The notes: generated by a model not told the origin, from the sequence alone. A stretch of DNA of 64,000 nucleotides from a virus (IMGVR_UViG_3300033121_001941:1-64000), one strand, 5' to 3'. Positions 9,417 through 17,886 are shown, numbered from the stretch's first letter. Translations and numbers: made by a program.

Positions 9417-10874
9417 ATGACTATAACATCTACTCTTCGTGGCGTTAATCTTGTCGGTGGCGAATTTAATTGGGCATCGAACATTGTTCCCAAAGAAGGG
9501 CAAAATTATTTGTTTGTTTCTGACACTGATATAACATATCTCGTTGGAAAAGGGATGAAATTTGCTAGACTTGTTTTTTCGTGGGAATTGCTACAACCAA
9601 CCCTTAAAGGCCCGCTCGTAACAACACCGGGTAGTTATGGTGCAACATTATTATCAAGAGTTGCAAAATTAAGATCACTTAATGTCCATGTTATGATTGA
9701 GCCTCACAGCGCCGATACTTCAAAATCTGCAAAATACAAAGGAATGTTAGTAGGTTCTGTTGGTTGTCCTAATGACGCATTTTCAGACTTGTGGATGAAA
9801 ATTTCAAGTCTTTTTGTTAATGATCCTTATGGTGTTTCGTTTGGTCTTTCAAATGAGCCTAACAACATGTCAACAACACAGTGGTTTCAAGCTGCTCAAG
9901 AAGCAATATTAGGTATTAGGTCGACTGGGGCGCGCAATAGGATAATGTGCCCAGGAAATGGTTGGTCAGGTGCAGCATCATGGTCGAGTAATTGGTATGA
10001 TACATCGCCATTTAAAAAATCAAACGCTGTTGCTTGGCTTGAAAATATTAATGATCCTTTAAATAATACACTTGTGAGTGTTCATTGTTATTTCGATACA
10101 GATCGAAGCGGTTCAACAAATGGAATTTTAGATGTTAACGTTGTTCCAACCGATCTTGCAAATGTTGTTGCGTTTGCGCGAGCACATGGATTAAAAATCC
10201 ATGTTGGCGAATTTGGCGCAAGTTCAACAAACGCCTTAGCACAACAAGCAGTTACGAACTTTCTTGACTATGTAGATAACAATCGTGATGTAATTGAAGG
10301 TTGGGCTTGGTGGGCATATGGACCGCCAGCGTGGTGGGGCAAAAATTTATTAACGCTTTGTCCTTCTAATAATTATACTATTGATTCACCGATGATGTCA
10401 TGGTTGTCATCAAGATTTTCGCCCCCGCCAACACCTGTTTTGCCAAAACAGCCAAATTTGTTAGCATCAACAAATGTGTCATCGCCACCTGCGTCAGATT
10501 CATCAAAGACTTTTAGCGTAAAAGTTCTTGGAATTGTCGATGTTCCTGATGGAACATATAAATTCCTTGTTCGAACAAGAACATTACAATCATCGCCTTT
10601 ACGTGACACAATTGTTATAACGATAGATAATCTTTCAACAATCATAGATGCAACTGCACAATATGTTCAAGTTGACATTGGTTCAAGAAAAGTAAATTCA
10701 AATAGCATTACATTACTTTCCGGCACAAATGATACTGGGCTGATTACGTTGCGTTTATCTCCTGCTCTCGGAAAAATGGGCCCAATGTGCCGCGTTGGAA
10801 TAATTTTAACTCTTGATAAAATTGATACGTTATCTTCACAAAGCGTATCAATTAAAAAATTAACATTGGTATAA
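9417..10874 (+). CDS. glycoside hydrolase family 5 (endoglucanase/cellulase) with Pro linker and C-terminal domain
   Basis: RGVNL.GGEF, RL.FSWE.LQ, SNEP (acid/base), HCYFD, GEFG (nucleophile), WAWWAYG. Confidence 0.85.
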   Translation: MTITSTLRGVNLVGGEFNWASNIVPKEGQNYLFVSDTDITYLVGKGMKFARLVFSWELLQPTLKGPLVTTPGSYGATLLSRVAKLRSLNVHVMIEPHSADTSKSAKYKGMLVGSVGCPNDAFSDLWMKISSLFVNDPYGVSFGLSNEPNNMSTTQWFQAAQEAILGIRSTGARNRIMCPGNGWSGAASWSSNWYDTSPFKKSNAVAWLENINDPLNNTLVSVHCYFDTDRSGSTNGILDVNVVPTDLANVVAFARAHGLKIHVGEFGASSTNALAQQAVTNFLDYVDNNRDVIEGWAWWAYGPPAWWGKNLLTLCPSNNYTIDSPMMSWLSSRFSPPPTPVLPKQPNLLASTNVSSPPASDSSKTFSVKVLGIVDVPDGTYKFLVRTRTLQSSPLRDTIVITIDNLSTIIDATAQYVQVDIGSRKVNSNSITLLSGTNDTGLITLRLSPALGKMGPMCRVGIILTLDKIDTLSSQSVSIKKLTLV

Positions 10875-11818
10875 TGATGAATGACGATCTATTTGAACAC
10901 ATAAGAACTTTATTCAAGTCTAACATTTTAGCACTTTATGAAAAATGCAATCATGATTTTGATTTAATGATTGCATCTATAAATTTAGTATTTAAAAAAT
11001 ATGATTTATTTTTATTAATTGAAGACAATATTAAATTAGCGTTTGAAATAAATTACGATGAAAATACTACATTATCTAATTTTGATGAAGAATTAATTAC
11101 AAATAAATTTTTGAAGTCGTCTATACGTTATAAATTTTTACAAGGTATAGTTTCTGATATGCATATACAACAATTTTTTGAATATTGCAAAAATGAAATT
11201 AAAAGCGTAATCAAAATACAAAAAAAGAAATCGCCTGATTCGGGTATTTTAGGTAAATGGGCATTTCCTCAAAAAAGAAAAGACATTTTGCCACGGGAAA
11301 TTGATACAGTTATTGAGGAAGACATATATTCTGATCTTAGCAAACATTTTAACGATGGAGAATCTATACCTGACGATAGTTCACTTTATATTCAAAAATT
11401 GTTATCAAATAATGAATATAGAGATATTTTTAAAGCACCTAAAGTAAAACAGGTTTATCGTGGGATGGTTGTAACAGATGATTGGCTTAATAAACTTCTG
11501 TATTCACACGAATATAAAAATATTGATTACAGTGGGTCAATGAATAAAACATTCCTATTCAGACCTTTACACAACAAAGAAGGTTCAACATCGTGGTCAA
11601 CTGATAAAAAAATAGCTTCTAATTTTAGTAAAAAAGAGGTATACGATGGTCAAATTTCTCTAATTTTAATTGCAAAAACAGCTGATAATATCAATAAATT
11701 TCTTGATTGTAAGAATGGTTTGTATAAATTGTTAGCTGCCTCTGGATTTGAATTTGAAAAAGAAACTATTGGATTAGGTTCAATAATGATTTCATCAATA
11801 GAATGGAAACCTCGTTAA
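10874..11818 (+). CDS. ADP-ribosyltransferase (R-S-E clade), paralog 3
   Basis: GKWAFP..R; VYRGM / STSWST / EKET. Confidence 0.7.
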   Translation: MMNDDLFEHIRTLFKSNILALYEKCNHDFDLMIASINLVFKKYDLFLLIEDNIKLAFEINYDENTTLSNFDEELITNKFLKSSIRYKFLQGIVSDMHIQQFFEYCKNEIKSVIKIQKKKSPDSGILGKWAFPQKRKDILPREIDTVIEEDIYSDLSKHFNDGESIPDDSSLYIQKLLSNNEYRDIFKAPKVKQVYRGMVVTDDWLNKLLYSHEYKNIDYSGSMNKTFLFRPLHNKEGSTSWSTDKKIASNFSKKEVYDGQISLILIAKTADNINKFLDCKNGLYKLLAASGFEFEKETIGLGSIMISSIEWKPR

Positions 11819-11856
11819 ATTGTTAATTTAATTTGCGGTTAATGATTATCTATTTT

Positions 11857-12171
11857 ATGAAGTATAGATTATTGCGTTACGTATTACCGTTATTTTTGTC
11901 ATTATTTTTTATGTCATCGTGTATTTTATTTAATTTACCCGATCTTAATGAAATAAACTTGTCAGGTTGTATGAAGACATGCAACTCAGACGCAAAAAAA
12001 TGTCTTGATTCTGCTGAAAAACGTTTGACTGCTTGCCCAACTGATGCTGGTTCATCTGGAACTAAGTGTCAATTGTTGGCGTCTAGTGATTCAAAAGTTT
12101 GTTTAACGACATGTTTAGATTGCATAAGTATCTGCACTGAAAACGCAGAAAAGGTGTTAAAAAACGAATGA
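11857..12171 (+). CDS. Cys-rich lipoprotein
   Basis: MKYRLL...FMSSC lipobox; regularly spaced Cys in C-x3-C pairs; ORF track start 11833. Confidence 0.65.
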   Translation: MKYRLLRYVLPLFLSLFFMSSCILFNLPDLNEINLSGCMKTCNSDAKKCLDSAEKRLTACPTDAGSSGTKCQLLASSDSKVCLTTCLDCISICTENAEKVLKNE

Positions 12172-12254
12172 AATACAATTGATACTCATCACAACAAGGA
12201 AACAGACTTTATAACAAATTTTTAAACAATCATGTTTCTCAATAATTATGAAAC

Positions 12255-12779
12255 ATGAGATTAATAACGATTTTTTGTTTAGCGTTTTTGTTGTTGGGTG
12301 CATGTGCTCCATCTTGGGTTGAACCCGCTGTATTTATAAACACAAATCATTTAACAAGTGTCTATATTTGTGTTGATTTACCAAGTGAACAACAGGAAAG
12401 CGCAAAAAAAGCAATTGACGGTTGGAATCAAGCGTTACATCAGTGGCGTGTTTTTGAAATCATTGAAGGTAATTCAAGTAGTTGCGATTATTTTGTTCAC
12501 GAAACAGAGAAAAAACCGAATGATGAACACGCGCTCGCATGGGCAGTTTCTTTAGGCGGACATGAAATTTATATGCGTAAAGGATTATATGAACACGATA
12601 CAACGGGTATTCTTATGCATGAATTAGGCCACATTCTCGGCGCGCAACATTTACCAGGTACACTTATGAATCCATATTGGTATAAACATGGATTTATATG
12701 CCCAGATATGTCAACGGTTGCTCAAGTTGCTGCATGGAATAAAATCAATTTATCACTTTTATGTTGGTGTTCTATTTGA
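12255..12779 (+). CDS. matrixin/M10-like zinc metalloprotease lipoprotein
   Basis: LLGAC lipobox; HELGHILGAQH (HExxHxxGxxH) and LMNP Met-turn. Confidence 0.85.
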   Translation: MRLITIFCLAFLLLGACAPSWVEPAVFINTNHLTSVYICVDLPSEQQESAKKAIDGWNQALHQWRVFEIIEGNSSSCDYFVHETEKKPNDEHALAWAVSLGGHEIYMRKGLYEHDTTGILMHELGHILGAQHLPGTLMNPYWYKHGFICPDMSTVAQVAAWNKINLSLLCWCSI

Positions 12780-12825
12780 ATACAAGTTGTGAATATTCGT
12801 TATTTTTGATGTTATTATAGATTAA

Positions 12826-13737
12826 ATGAATCCTATCGAAGTTTTTGAAATTTGCAAAGATGCATCTAATAAAGGAATTCCAATCGAAATAAATAACGTT
12901 ATTGTTCCAAAATTATTTTGCGATGGTGATTACAAATTACTTTGGAACAATAATTCAAAAAAGATTCGAAGTCTTCTTGATGAAATTATGTGTTCAGAAC
13001 ATCCTGACTTGGGACTTGAATTGCTAATGCGATTTGGTGTTTTTAAAGCACTTTTCCCAGAAATTTCAGCGATGTATCATCTTGGAGATGATCAAAAAGA
13101 TTTGCACAAAGATGTTTGGGAACATACAAAAGCGGTTGTTACGGGTGTTCCAAATACTCTTGAATTACGTTATGGTGCATTGTTTCATGACGTTGGCAAA
13201 GTTAAAACTCGACGTTTTAATGCAGGACGAGTGACATTTCATAATCATGATCGTGTTGGAGCAAAAATTGTTGATTCTTTAAACGATAGAACTAAATTGT
13301 TTAATGATGATGTAAAGCTTTTACGTACAGTTCGAGCACTTGTTATGCAGCATTTACGTCCTGCAAATTACAATAAAAACTGGACTGATTCCGCAGTTCG
13401 TAGACTAATTACCGAATGTGGTGATGTCAATTTTTTTCAGAAATTGATGTATCTTTCAAGATCTGATTTAACAACAAAAAACCAGAAGAAACGTGCACGT
13501 TGTATACGTAATGGTGATGAACTTGAAGCACGTGTAAAGCGAGTTATTGAAATTGATAATGCTCCTAAGTTACCTAAAGGGACTATGGGAATTATTCTTG
13601 AGGCATCTGGGAAAAAACCAGGGCCTTGGTTGAATATTCTTCGTATTAAACTTGAAGAATTAATGAAAGATGGATCGATAGGCGTTAATGAAAGTGTAAC
13701 GTTTTATATTGAATTAGGAATGACACTATTAGATTAG
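12826..13737 (+). CDS. HD-domain phosphohydrolase related to the C-terminal part of CCA-adding enzyme/poly(A) polymerase
   Basis: L..FPE...M...H.DVWEHT, LFHDVGK, TFHNHD.VGA, H, D.T; no N-terminal DxD nucleotidyltransferase domain. Confidence 0.8.
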   Translation: MNPIEVFEICKDASNKGIPIEINNVIVPKLFCDGDYKLLWNNNSKKIRSLLDEIMCSEHPDLGLELLMRFGVFKALFPEISAMYHLGDDQKDLHKDVWEHTKAVVTGVPNTLELRYGALFHDVGKVKTRRFNAGRVTFHNHDRVGAKIVDSLNDRTKLFNDDVKLLRTVRALVMQHLRPANYNKNWTDSAVRRLITECGDVNFFQKLMYLSRSDLTTKNQKKRARCIRNGDELEARVKRVIEIDNAPKLPKGTMGIILEASGKKPGPWLNILRIKLEELMKDGSIGVNESVTFYIELGMTLLD

Positions 13738-13807
13738 ACGTATATGTGTATTACATGAAAATACGTTTATCTACACTAAAAAAATCATCAAAGAAGTAAT
13801 TGAAAAT

Positions 13808-14047
13808 TCAGACAATACTTGGAAACAAAATCAATGGGGCGATTGGCGCCGCATTTATACAAATGGTATTGAAGCAAACATTTAATAACGTATAATTTGC
13901 ACTTTTTTGTACGTATTCGTTTGTAATTTCGACGATGGCGGATAAAGCACCGTCAACAGTAAGATTACCTTTTACAATGGCTTCACCATCAACACGTAGA
14001 TTTGGCGTACCATCATCGGTGAAACCTTTATTATTTAAGTAAGCCAT
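13808..14047 (-). CDS. small fibre-like/structural protein
   Basis: 79 aa; V.GNLTVDG and KSANYTL..I.INAA motifs seen in tail-fibre modules. Confidence 0.5.
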   Translation of the reverse strand: MAYLNNKGFTDDGTPNLRVDGEAIVKGNLTVDGALSAIVEITNEYVQKSANYTLLNVCFNTICINAAPIAPLILFPSIV

Positions 14048-14860
14048 TTAAACACTCGCCTTAATGTGATTTTTAATAGCAATATGTCGCTTCGAAAGTT
14101 TTGAAGTGATTTCATTAACATCTGTTTTCCATTGACTTAAAAGATCGAACATATCTTTGTTTTCAAGTTCTTGTGTGATTTCATCTGAAACAGTGTTGAT
14201 CATCTTAAGAATAGAATTCCAATTTACTGCATTAAATTCTTTTGCAGCTGTTTTCATATCTGAATATGAAAGCACTTCACCAGCACCAAAACTTGGATTC
14301 AGCATAGTTTTTAACTCACCAGGATCAGCTGAAAATTTTTCACGTTTTCTTCCTCCTTGAGCACGGTATGTTAATGATCCACCCGGATCAATTCTTGTTG
14401 CTTTTTCTTCATCTGCAAAAACATTTCCCGATCCAGTTCCAACCACGTCCCAATTTGCAAGAAATATATCAACATAAACACCTGCACTTAACATTTTCCC
14501 AAGTGTTTTAACACTTATTCTTCCTAGAGCAGATTTTCCTTTTGCGGGTGTTGACGCAAGTCCAACGCGTTTTTTAGATTTATCGTACACAAGTTGAACA
14601 CTTGGAATTGAAATACTTGGATAAAGACTGTAAATTTTGTAAGCAAGGTATTCAACTAAAATTTGCAACGAAGGATCACCTGAATCAAACAAATCTTCAT
14701 CAGAAAATTTCAAAAAATATTTGTCTTTTCCGATTTTACACGTATTCATAATATGAGTTGAACCAGCGACACATGTTATTCCTTGAACATTTTCGATATC
14801 AATTTCATTTATCATTGATTCGTATATGATTTTTTTTAATGATTTTACTGTAATCTTCAT
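14048..14860 (-). CDS. atypical kinase (PI3/4-kinase/HipA-like fold) with MKIT leader
   Basis: YFLK (ATP Lys), EYLAYKIY (alphaC Glu), LANWD (catalytic loop), N, RIDPG (Mg-binding). Confidence 0.65.
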   Translation of the reverse strand: MKITVKSLKKIIYESMINEIDIENVQGITCVAGSTHIMNTCKIGKDKYFLKFSDEDLFDSGDPSLQILVEYLAYKIYSLYPSISIPSVQLVYDKSKKRVGLASTPAKGKSALGRISVKTLGKMLSAGVYVDIFLANWDVVGTGSGNVFADEEKATRIDPGGSLTYRAQGGRKREKFSADPGELKTMLNPSFGAGEVLSYSDMKTAAKEFNAVNWNSILKMINTVSDEITQELENKDMFDLLSQWKTDVNEITSKLSKRHIAIKNHIKASV

Positions 14861-14865
14861 ATTGT

Positions 14866-14872
14866 TAAATAT
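14866..14872 (-). promoter_or_regulatory. candidate late promoter ATATTTA
   Basis: 5 nt upstream of kinase ATG on - strand. Confidence 0.45.
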
Positions 14873-14880
14873 GTATTATT

Positions 14881-15129
14881 GTGATAAGAATTACGATCAA
14901 AGAACTAAAGTCAATAATAAAAGATGTTCTTTCTGAGAAAAGACAAATAACAAAACTCAAGAAAACACGTAACAAATCAGTTGAACTTGACGAGGTCGAC
15001 ACCGATCCCAATAATAATCCCGGGAGACCTGCAGACGCATATGACTATATTGGAATGCGTCCAAAAGCAACTGCGGCTTTAGCGCATCCGTCTTTAAGCG
15101 GTGGTGGCGAAGTTAATGGTATACAATAA
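14881..15129 (+). CDS. small protein with MIRIT..ELK.II leader (candidate internal head protein)
   Basis: GTG start; MIRITIKELKSIIKDVLSE. Confidence 0.7.
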   Translation: MIRITIKELKSIIKDVLSEKRQITKLKKTRNKSVELDEVDTDPNNNPGRPADAYDYIGMRPKATAALAHPSLSGGGEVNGIQ

Positions 15130-15200
15130 TTTCTTGCGCGCAAAAAAACAAATTTGAAATTATTGTGAATCTTCTTTTAAAGATGAAATACATATAGAAT

Positions 15201-15410
15201 ATGAAGTTACATGAACTTAAAAAATTAATTCGTAGAATCGTTGAAAGTGAATTGCATGTTGATGAAGCTGATGTGCAAGAACTTGATGAAGTTGATGAAG
15301 AAGTTTCTGATTCATTCGGTGAGCCAGGCCCGATTTCTGATGATGAAGGTACGCTTGTTCCAGAATCATATATGAGAAAAGTTCGCTCTCGTACACGCTC
15401 CAGACGTTAA
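15201..15410 (+). CDS. acidic small protein with leader motif (candidate internal head/core protein)
   Basis: MKLHELKKLIRRIVESE, repeated (L/V)DE, Arg-rich tail. Confidence 0.7.
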   Translation: MKLHELKKLIRRIVESELHVDEADVQELDEVDEEVSDSFGEPGPISDDEGTLVPESYMRKVRSRTRSRR

Positions 15411-15416
15411 TACAAT

Positions 15417-16085
15417 ATGATACGAAGAAGACTTTATGAACAAGTTGATTCAGATCAACTTGGGAAATATGCTTTTCCACAGGCTAGAAAAGTTAGAAAT
15501 AGTCTTCCTTATGAAAAAAATACAAAACTTGAAGACGAACTTGAAGACGCTATTGAAAATCATTTCATGGCGTCATGGCCATTTACAAAAGACGTTGCAA
15601 ATAAACTTTCTGAACTATTAAGTAAGAATCTTTATATCGATATTCTTAAAAGGCCAAAAGTTGATATTGTTTATCGAGGAATGTCCGTTAATGAACAATG
15701 GATAAAACGTTCACTTGAATTAAACAATGATGATCAGTTACCCGCTTCAATAGAAATAGAAAAAAGTTTTACGTTTTTGCCTAAACCCATGATGGGTAGT
15801 TCATCATGGACTTGTGATTTTGGTGTCGCGAGAGATTTTAGTATTTCTAGCATAGAAAAATCACAATATTTAATGCACAATTTTGCTCATGGAAAAATTA
15901 CTCATTCAATCGTATTGCATGCTAAATTGAGTGAGAATTACAATTCATTTCTTTCCGGTGAAGACGGTCTTTACAAATTACAACACGCGTCTGGATATCA
16001 ACATGAACGGGAAGTTCTCGGATTAAATGACATCAAGGTTTTTAAACTAAGTTGTTACTTGATTAACAAGTCTAGGCGATCATAA
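15417..16085 (+). CDS. ADP-ribosyltransferase (R-S-E clade), paralog 4
   Basis: GKYAFP..R; VYRGM / SSSWT / EREV. Confidence 0.7.
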   Translation: MIRRRLYEQVDSDQLGKYAFPQARKVRNSLPYEKNTKLEDELEDAIENHFMASWPFTKDVANKLSELLSKNLYIDILKRPKVDIVYRGMSVNEQWIKRSLELNNDDQLPASIEIEKSFTFLPKPMMGSSSWTCDFGVARDFSISSIEKSQYLMHNFAHGKITHSIVLHAKLSENYNSFLSGEDGLYKLQHASGYQHEREVLGLNDIKVFKLSCYLINKSRRS

Positions 16086-16981
16086 AAATCGTTTGACATT
16101 TTGTTAAGTCTAAATGGATGTCTAAGTGAACCTCGATGATGAACAAAAAATGGTTCATTGTCTACGTGAAATTCTTCGTGGTAATCACATAAACCAGACA
16201 ATATTATCGACTCAGAACTAGTAGGTTTTATTTGACGCCATCCTTCATATGAAAGGTTTTTATCGCGTAGATATTGAGGAATTTGATAACCTACTTCACC
16301 AAACACAACATAACCCTTGGGAAGATTGTACGTCACTGAAAGTTCATCAGTATTGATTTGTATCATATGTGATTTGTTTGGCAGAACGTTTAAATCACGC
16401 CAGTCGTTCCTCGGGGACAATGCGCACCAAGTTAACGTAGGTATTTTTTTGTATGTTTGAACTTTACCGGTGCCACTACTAAATCCACCTACGTCCTCAT
16501 ACGTTCCACCAACGATATCGAAATTTTCATCAAAAAATTTCTTTCTAAGAATATCATCCCACCCTTGCTTGACTATAACAGTATCAGAATCTGCTATGAC
16601 GTGAATATCGCCATCGTTTGTCATGGCGAGTGCATCCATTATAGCAACGCCATGTCCAGTAGATCCACCTACGCTTTTTGTTAATGATACGTTATGTTGC
16701 GTATCAACTTTTTCTTTCATGGACGCATCAAGACAGTGTACAGTCGTTAACAACAACGATTTTTTATTTGCAAAATGATACGCAGCTTTTAACATATAAT
16801 TCGCATACGATAACGTATTTGAATCAATCTGAGTGTGTAAGTGAATTTTTGTAATCATGGGTAAATCATACAACATTTTTTGACCATATATACGCCCACA
16901 GAATGTCTCACGTTTATTCTTTTCTAGTTTTATTTGGGTTTTACTGTCGAAATTTACGTATTTTGAAAAATATTTCATCAT
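16055..16981 (-). CDS. GT-A fold glycosyltransferase-like protein
   Basis: HG.AI..AL, IADSDTV (DxD), GWD..L pattern. Confidence 0.55.
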   Translation of the reverse strand: MMKYFSKYVNFDSKTQIKLEKNKRETFCGRIYGQKMLYDLPMITKIHLHTQIDSNTLSYANYMLKAAYHFANKKSLLLTTVHCLDASMKEKVDTQHNVSLTKSVGGSTGHGVAIMDALAMTNDGDIHVIADSDTVIVKQGWDDILRKKFFDENFDIVGGTYEDVGGFSSGTGKVQTYKKIPTLTWCALSPRNDWRDLNVLPNKSHMIQINTDELSVTYNLPKGYVVFGEVGYQIPQYLRDKNLSYEGWRQIKPTSSESIILSGLCDYHEEFHVDNEPFFVHHRGSLRHPFRLNKMSNDFYDRLDLLIK

Positions 16982-17065
16982 AGAATTTAAAAAGTGTAGT
17001 ACTTGTCAAACTAAAGGTATAGTTATTTCATCAGGTTGCAACAAAAAGGAGCATCTTGAAATTTT

Positions 17066-17137
17066 GGATCGTAGTTCAGTGGTTTAGAATGGCACTCTGA
17101 TAAGGTGCATGTCGGTGGTTCGATTCCACCCGGTCCA
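17066..17137 (+). tRNA. trnI: tRNA-Ile(GAT)
   Basis: Cloverleaf; gcact-ctGATaa-ggtgc; GGTTCGATTCC. Confidence 0.9.
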
Positions 17138-17150
17138 ACGAAAGTTTACA

Positions 17151-17225
17151 ATGAATTTTTCACAACAACAGAAAGCGAATGATAAAAAGTGGCAAAAAGC
17201 CATTAATAATTATTACGATACGTGA
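17151..17225 (+). CDS. possible 24-aa peptide
   Basis: MNFSQQQKANDKKWQKAINNYYDT between tRNAs; no other support. Confidence 0.25.
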   Translation: MNFSQQQKANDKKWQKAINNYYDT

Positions 17226-17305
17226 TGTGCGAAGTTTTACTTCGTACGCTTCCGAAGTAAAATAAAAGGTAAGAAGCCTAATAAATTACAAGGAAGTTTC
17301 ATAGA

Positions 17306-17390
17306 GGATTGTTAGTCCGTTATGGAGACGGGAGTGGTTGTAGCCCACTCGCCCTTCGGGGCCCACAGAGTTCGATTCTCTGACGATCCA
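17306..17390 (+). tRNA. trnY: tRNA-Tyr(GTA)
   Basis: agtgg-ttGTAgc-ccact; long variable arm gccc-ttcg-gggc. Confidence 0.9.
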
Positions 17391-17439
17391 CAAAATGATA
17401 TGATATTATCATTTGTTCATTGAAAATTTGTGTTCCTTT

Positions 17440-17511
17440 TTCTGGGTAGTTTACTTAGCAAAATACCGTCCATAAAGGTCGGAGTAAGAGGTGCAAATCC
17501 TCTCCTGGGAA
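17440..17511 (+). tRNA. atypical tRNA, nominal anticodon TAA (Leu?), A33, short variable arm
   Basis: ccgtc-caTAAag-gtcgg; T-loop TGCAAAT; no GG in D-loop; wobble-rich acceptor. Confidence 0.5.
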
Positions 17512-17515
17512 CTTT

Positions 17516-17585
17516 GCGAAAATAGTGTTAAGTAACATATATGAGACCCACTCATAAGTTCTTGGTGCAAGTCCAAGTTTTCGCT
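17516..17585 (+). tRNA. trnG: atypical tRNA-Gly(CCC), A33
   Basis: gcgaaaa/ttttcgc + U73 (Gly identity); tatga-gaCCCac-tcata; T-loop TGCAAGT; no GG in D-loop. Confidence 0.65.
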
Positions 17586-17591
17586 CTATTT

Positions 17592-17675
17592 GGAAAATGA
17601 ATCAGTTGGGAACTGAACTTGTTTTGAAAACAATGTAGCTCTTAATCGGGCAGGGGTTCGAATCCTCCGTTTCCG
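17592..17675 (+). tRNA. trnS: tRNA-Ser(TGA)
   Basis: loop ttTGAaa; long variable arm; G73. Confidence 0.8.
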
Positions 17676-17684
17676 CAATATCAT

Positions 17685-17756
17685 TGATGTGTAGTACAAT
17701 GGCAGTACACCGTGCTGTTAACACGGGTTATGTAGGTTCGAGTCCTACCGCATCAG
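17685..17756 (+). tRNA. trnN: tRNA-Asn(GTT)
   Basis: ccgtg-ctGTTaa-cacgg. Confidence 0.9.
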
Positions 17757-17813
17757 CAAAGAAAATAAAAAGTGAAAGTGTTTCTTAGGGAGATTATAGT
17801 TAAATAACAATAT

Positions 17814-17886
17814 GGACTTTTAGCTCAGTGGTTAGAGCGGCAGATTGTTAATCTGCGGGTCGTAGGTTCAAATCCTACATGGTCCT
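17814..17886 (+). tRNA. trnN: tRNA-Asn(GTT), second copy (U73)
   Basis: gcaga-ttGTTaa-tctgc. Confidence 0.85.

Noticed and set aside
17758-17786. Half module aagaaa...GTGAA...tttctt
   Set aside because: No AGTAAC strand; may be a degenerate relic but cannot be supported.
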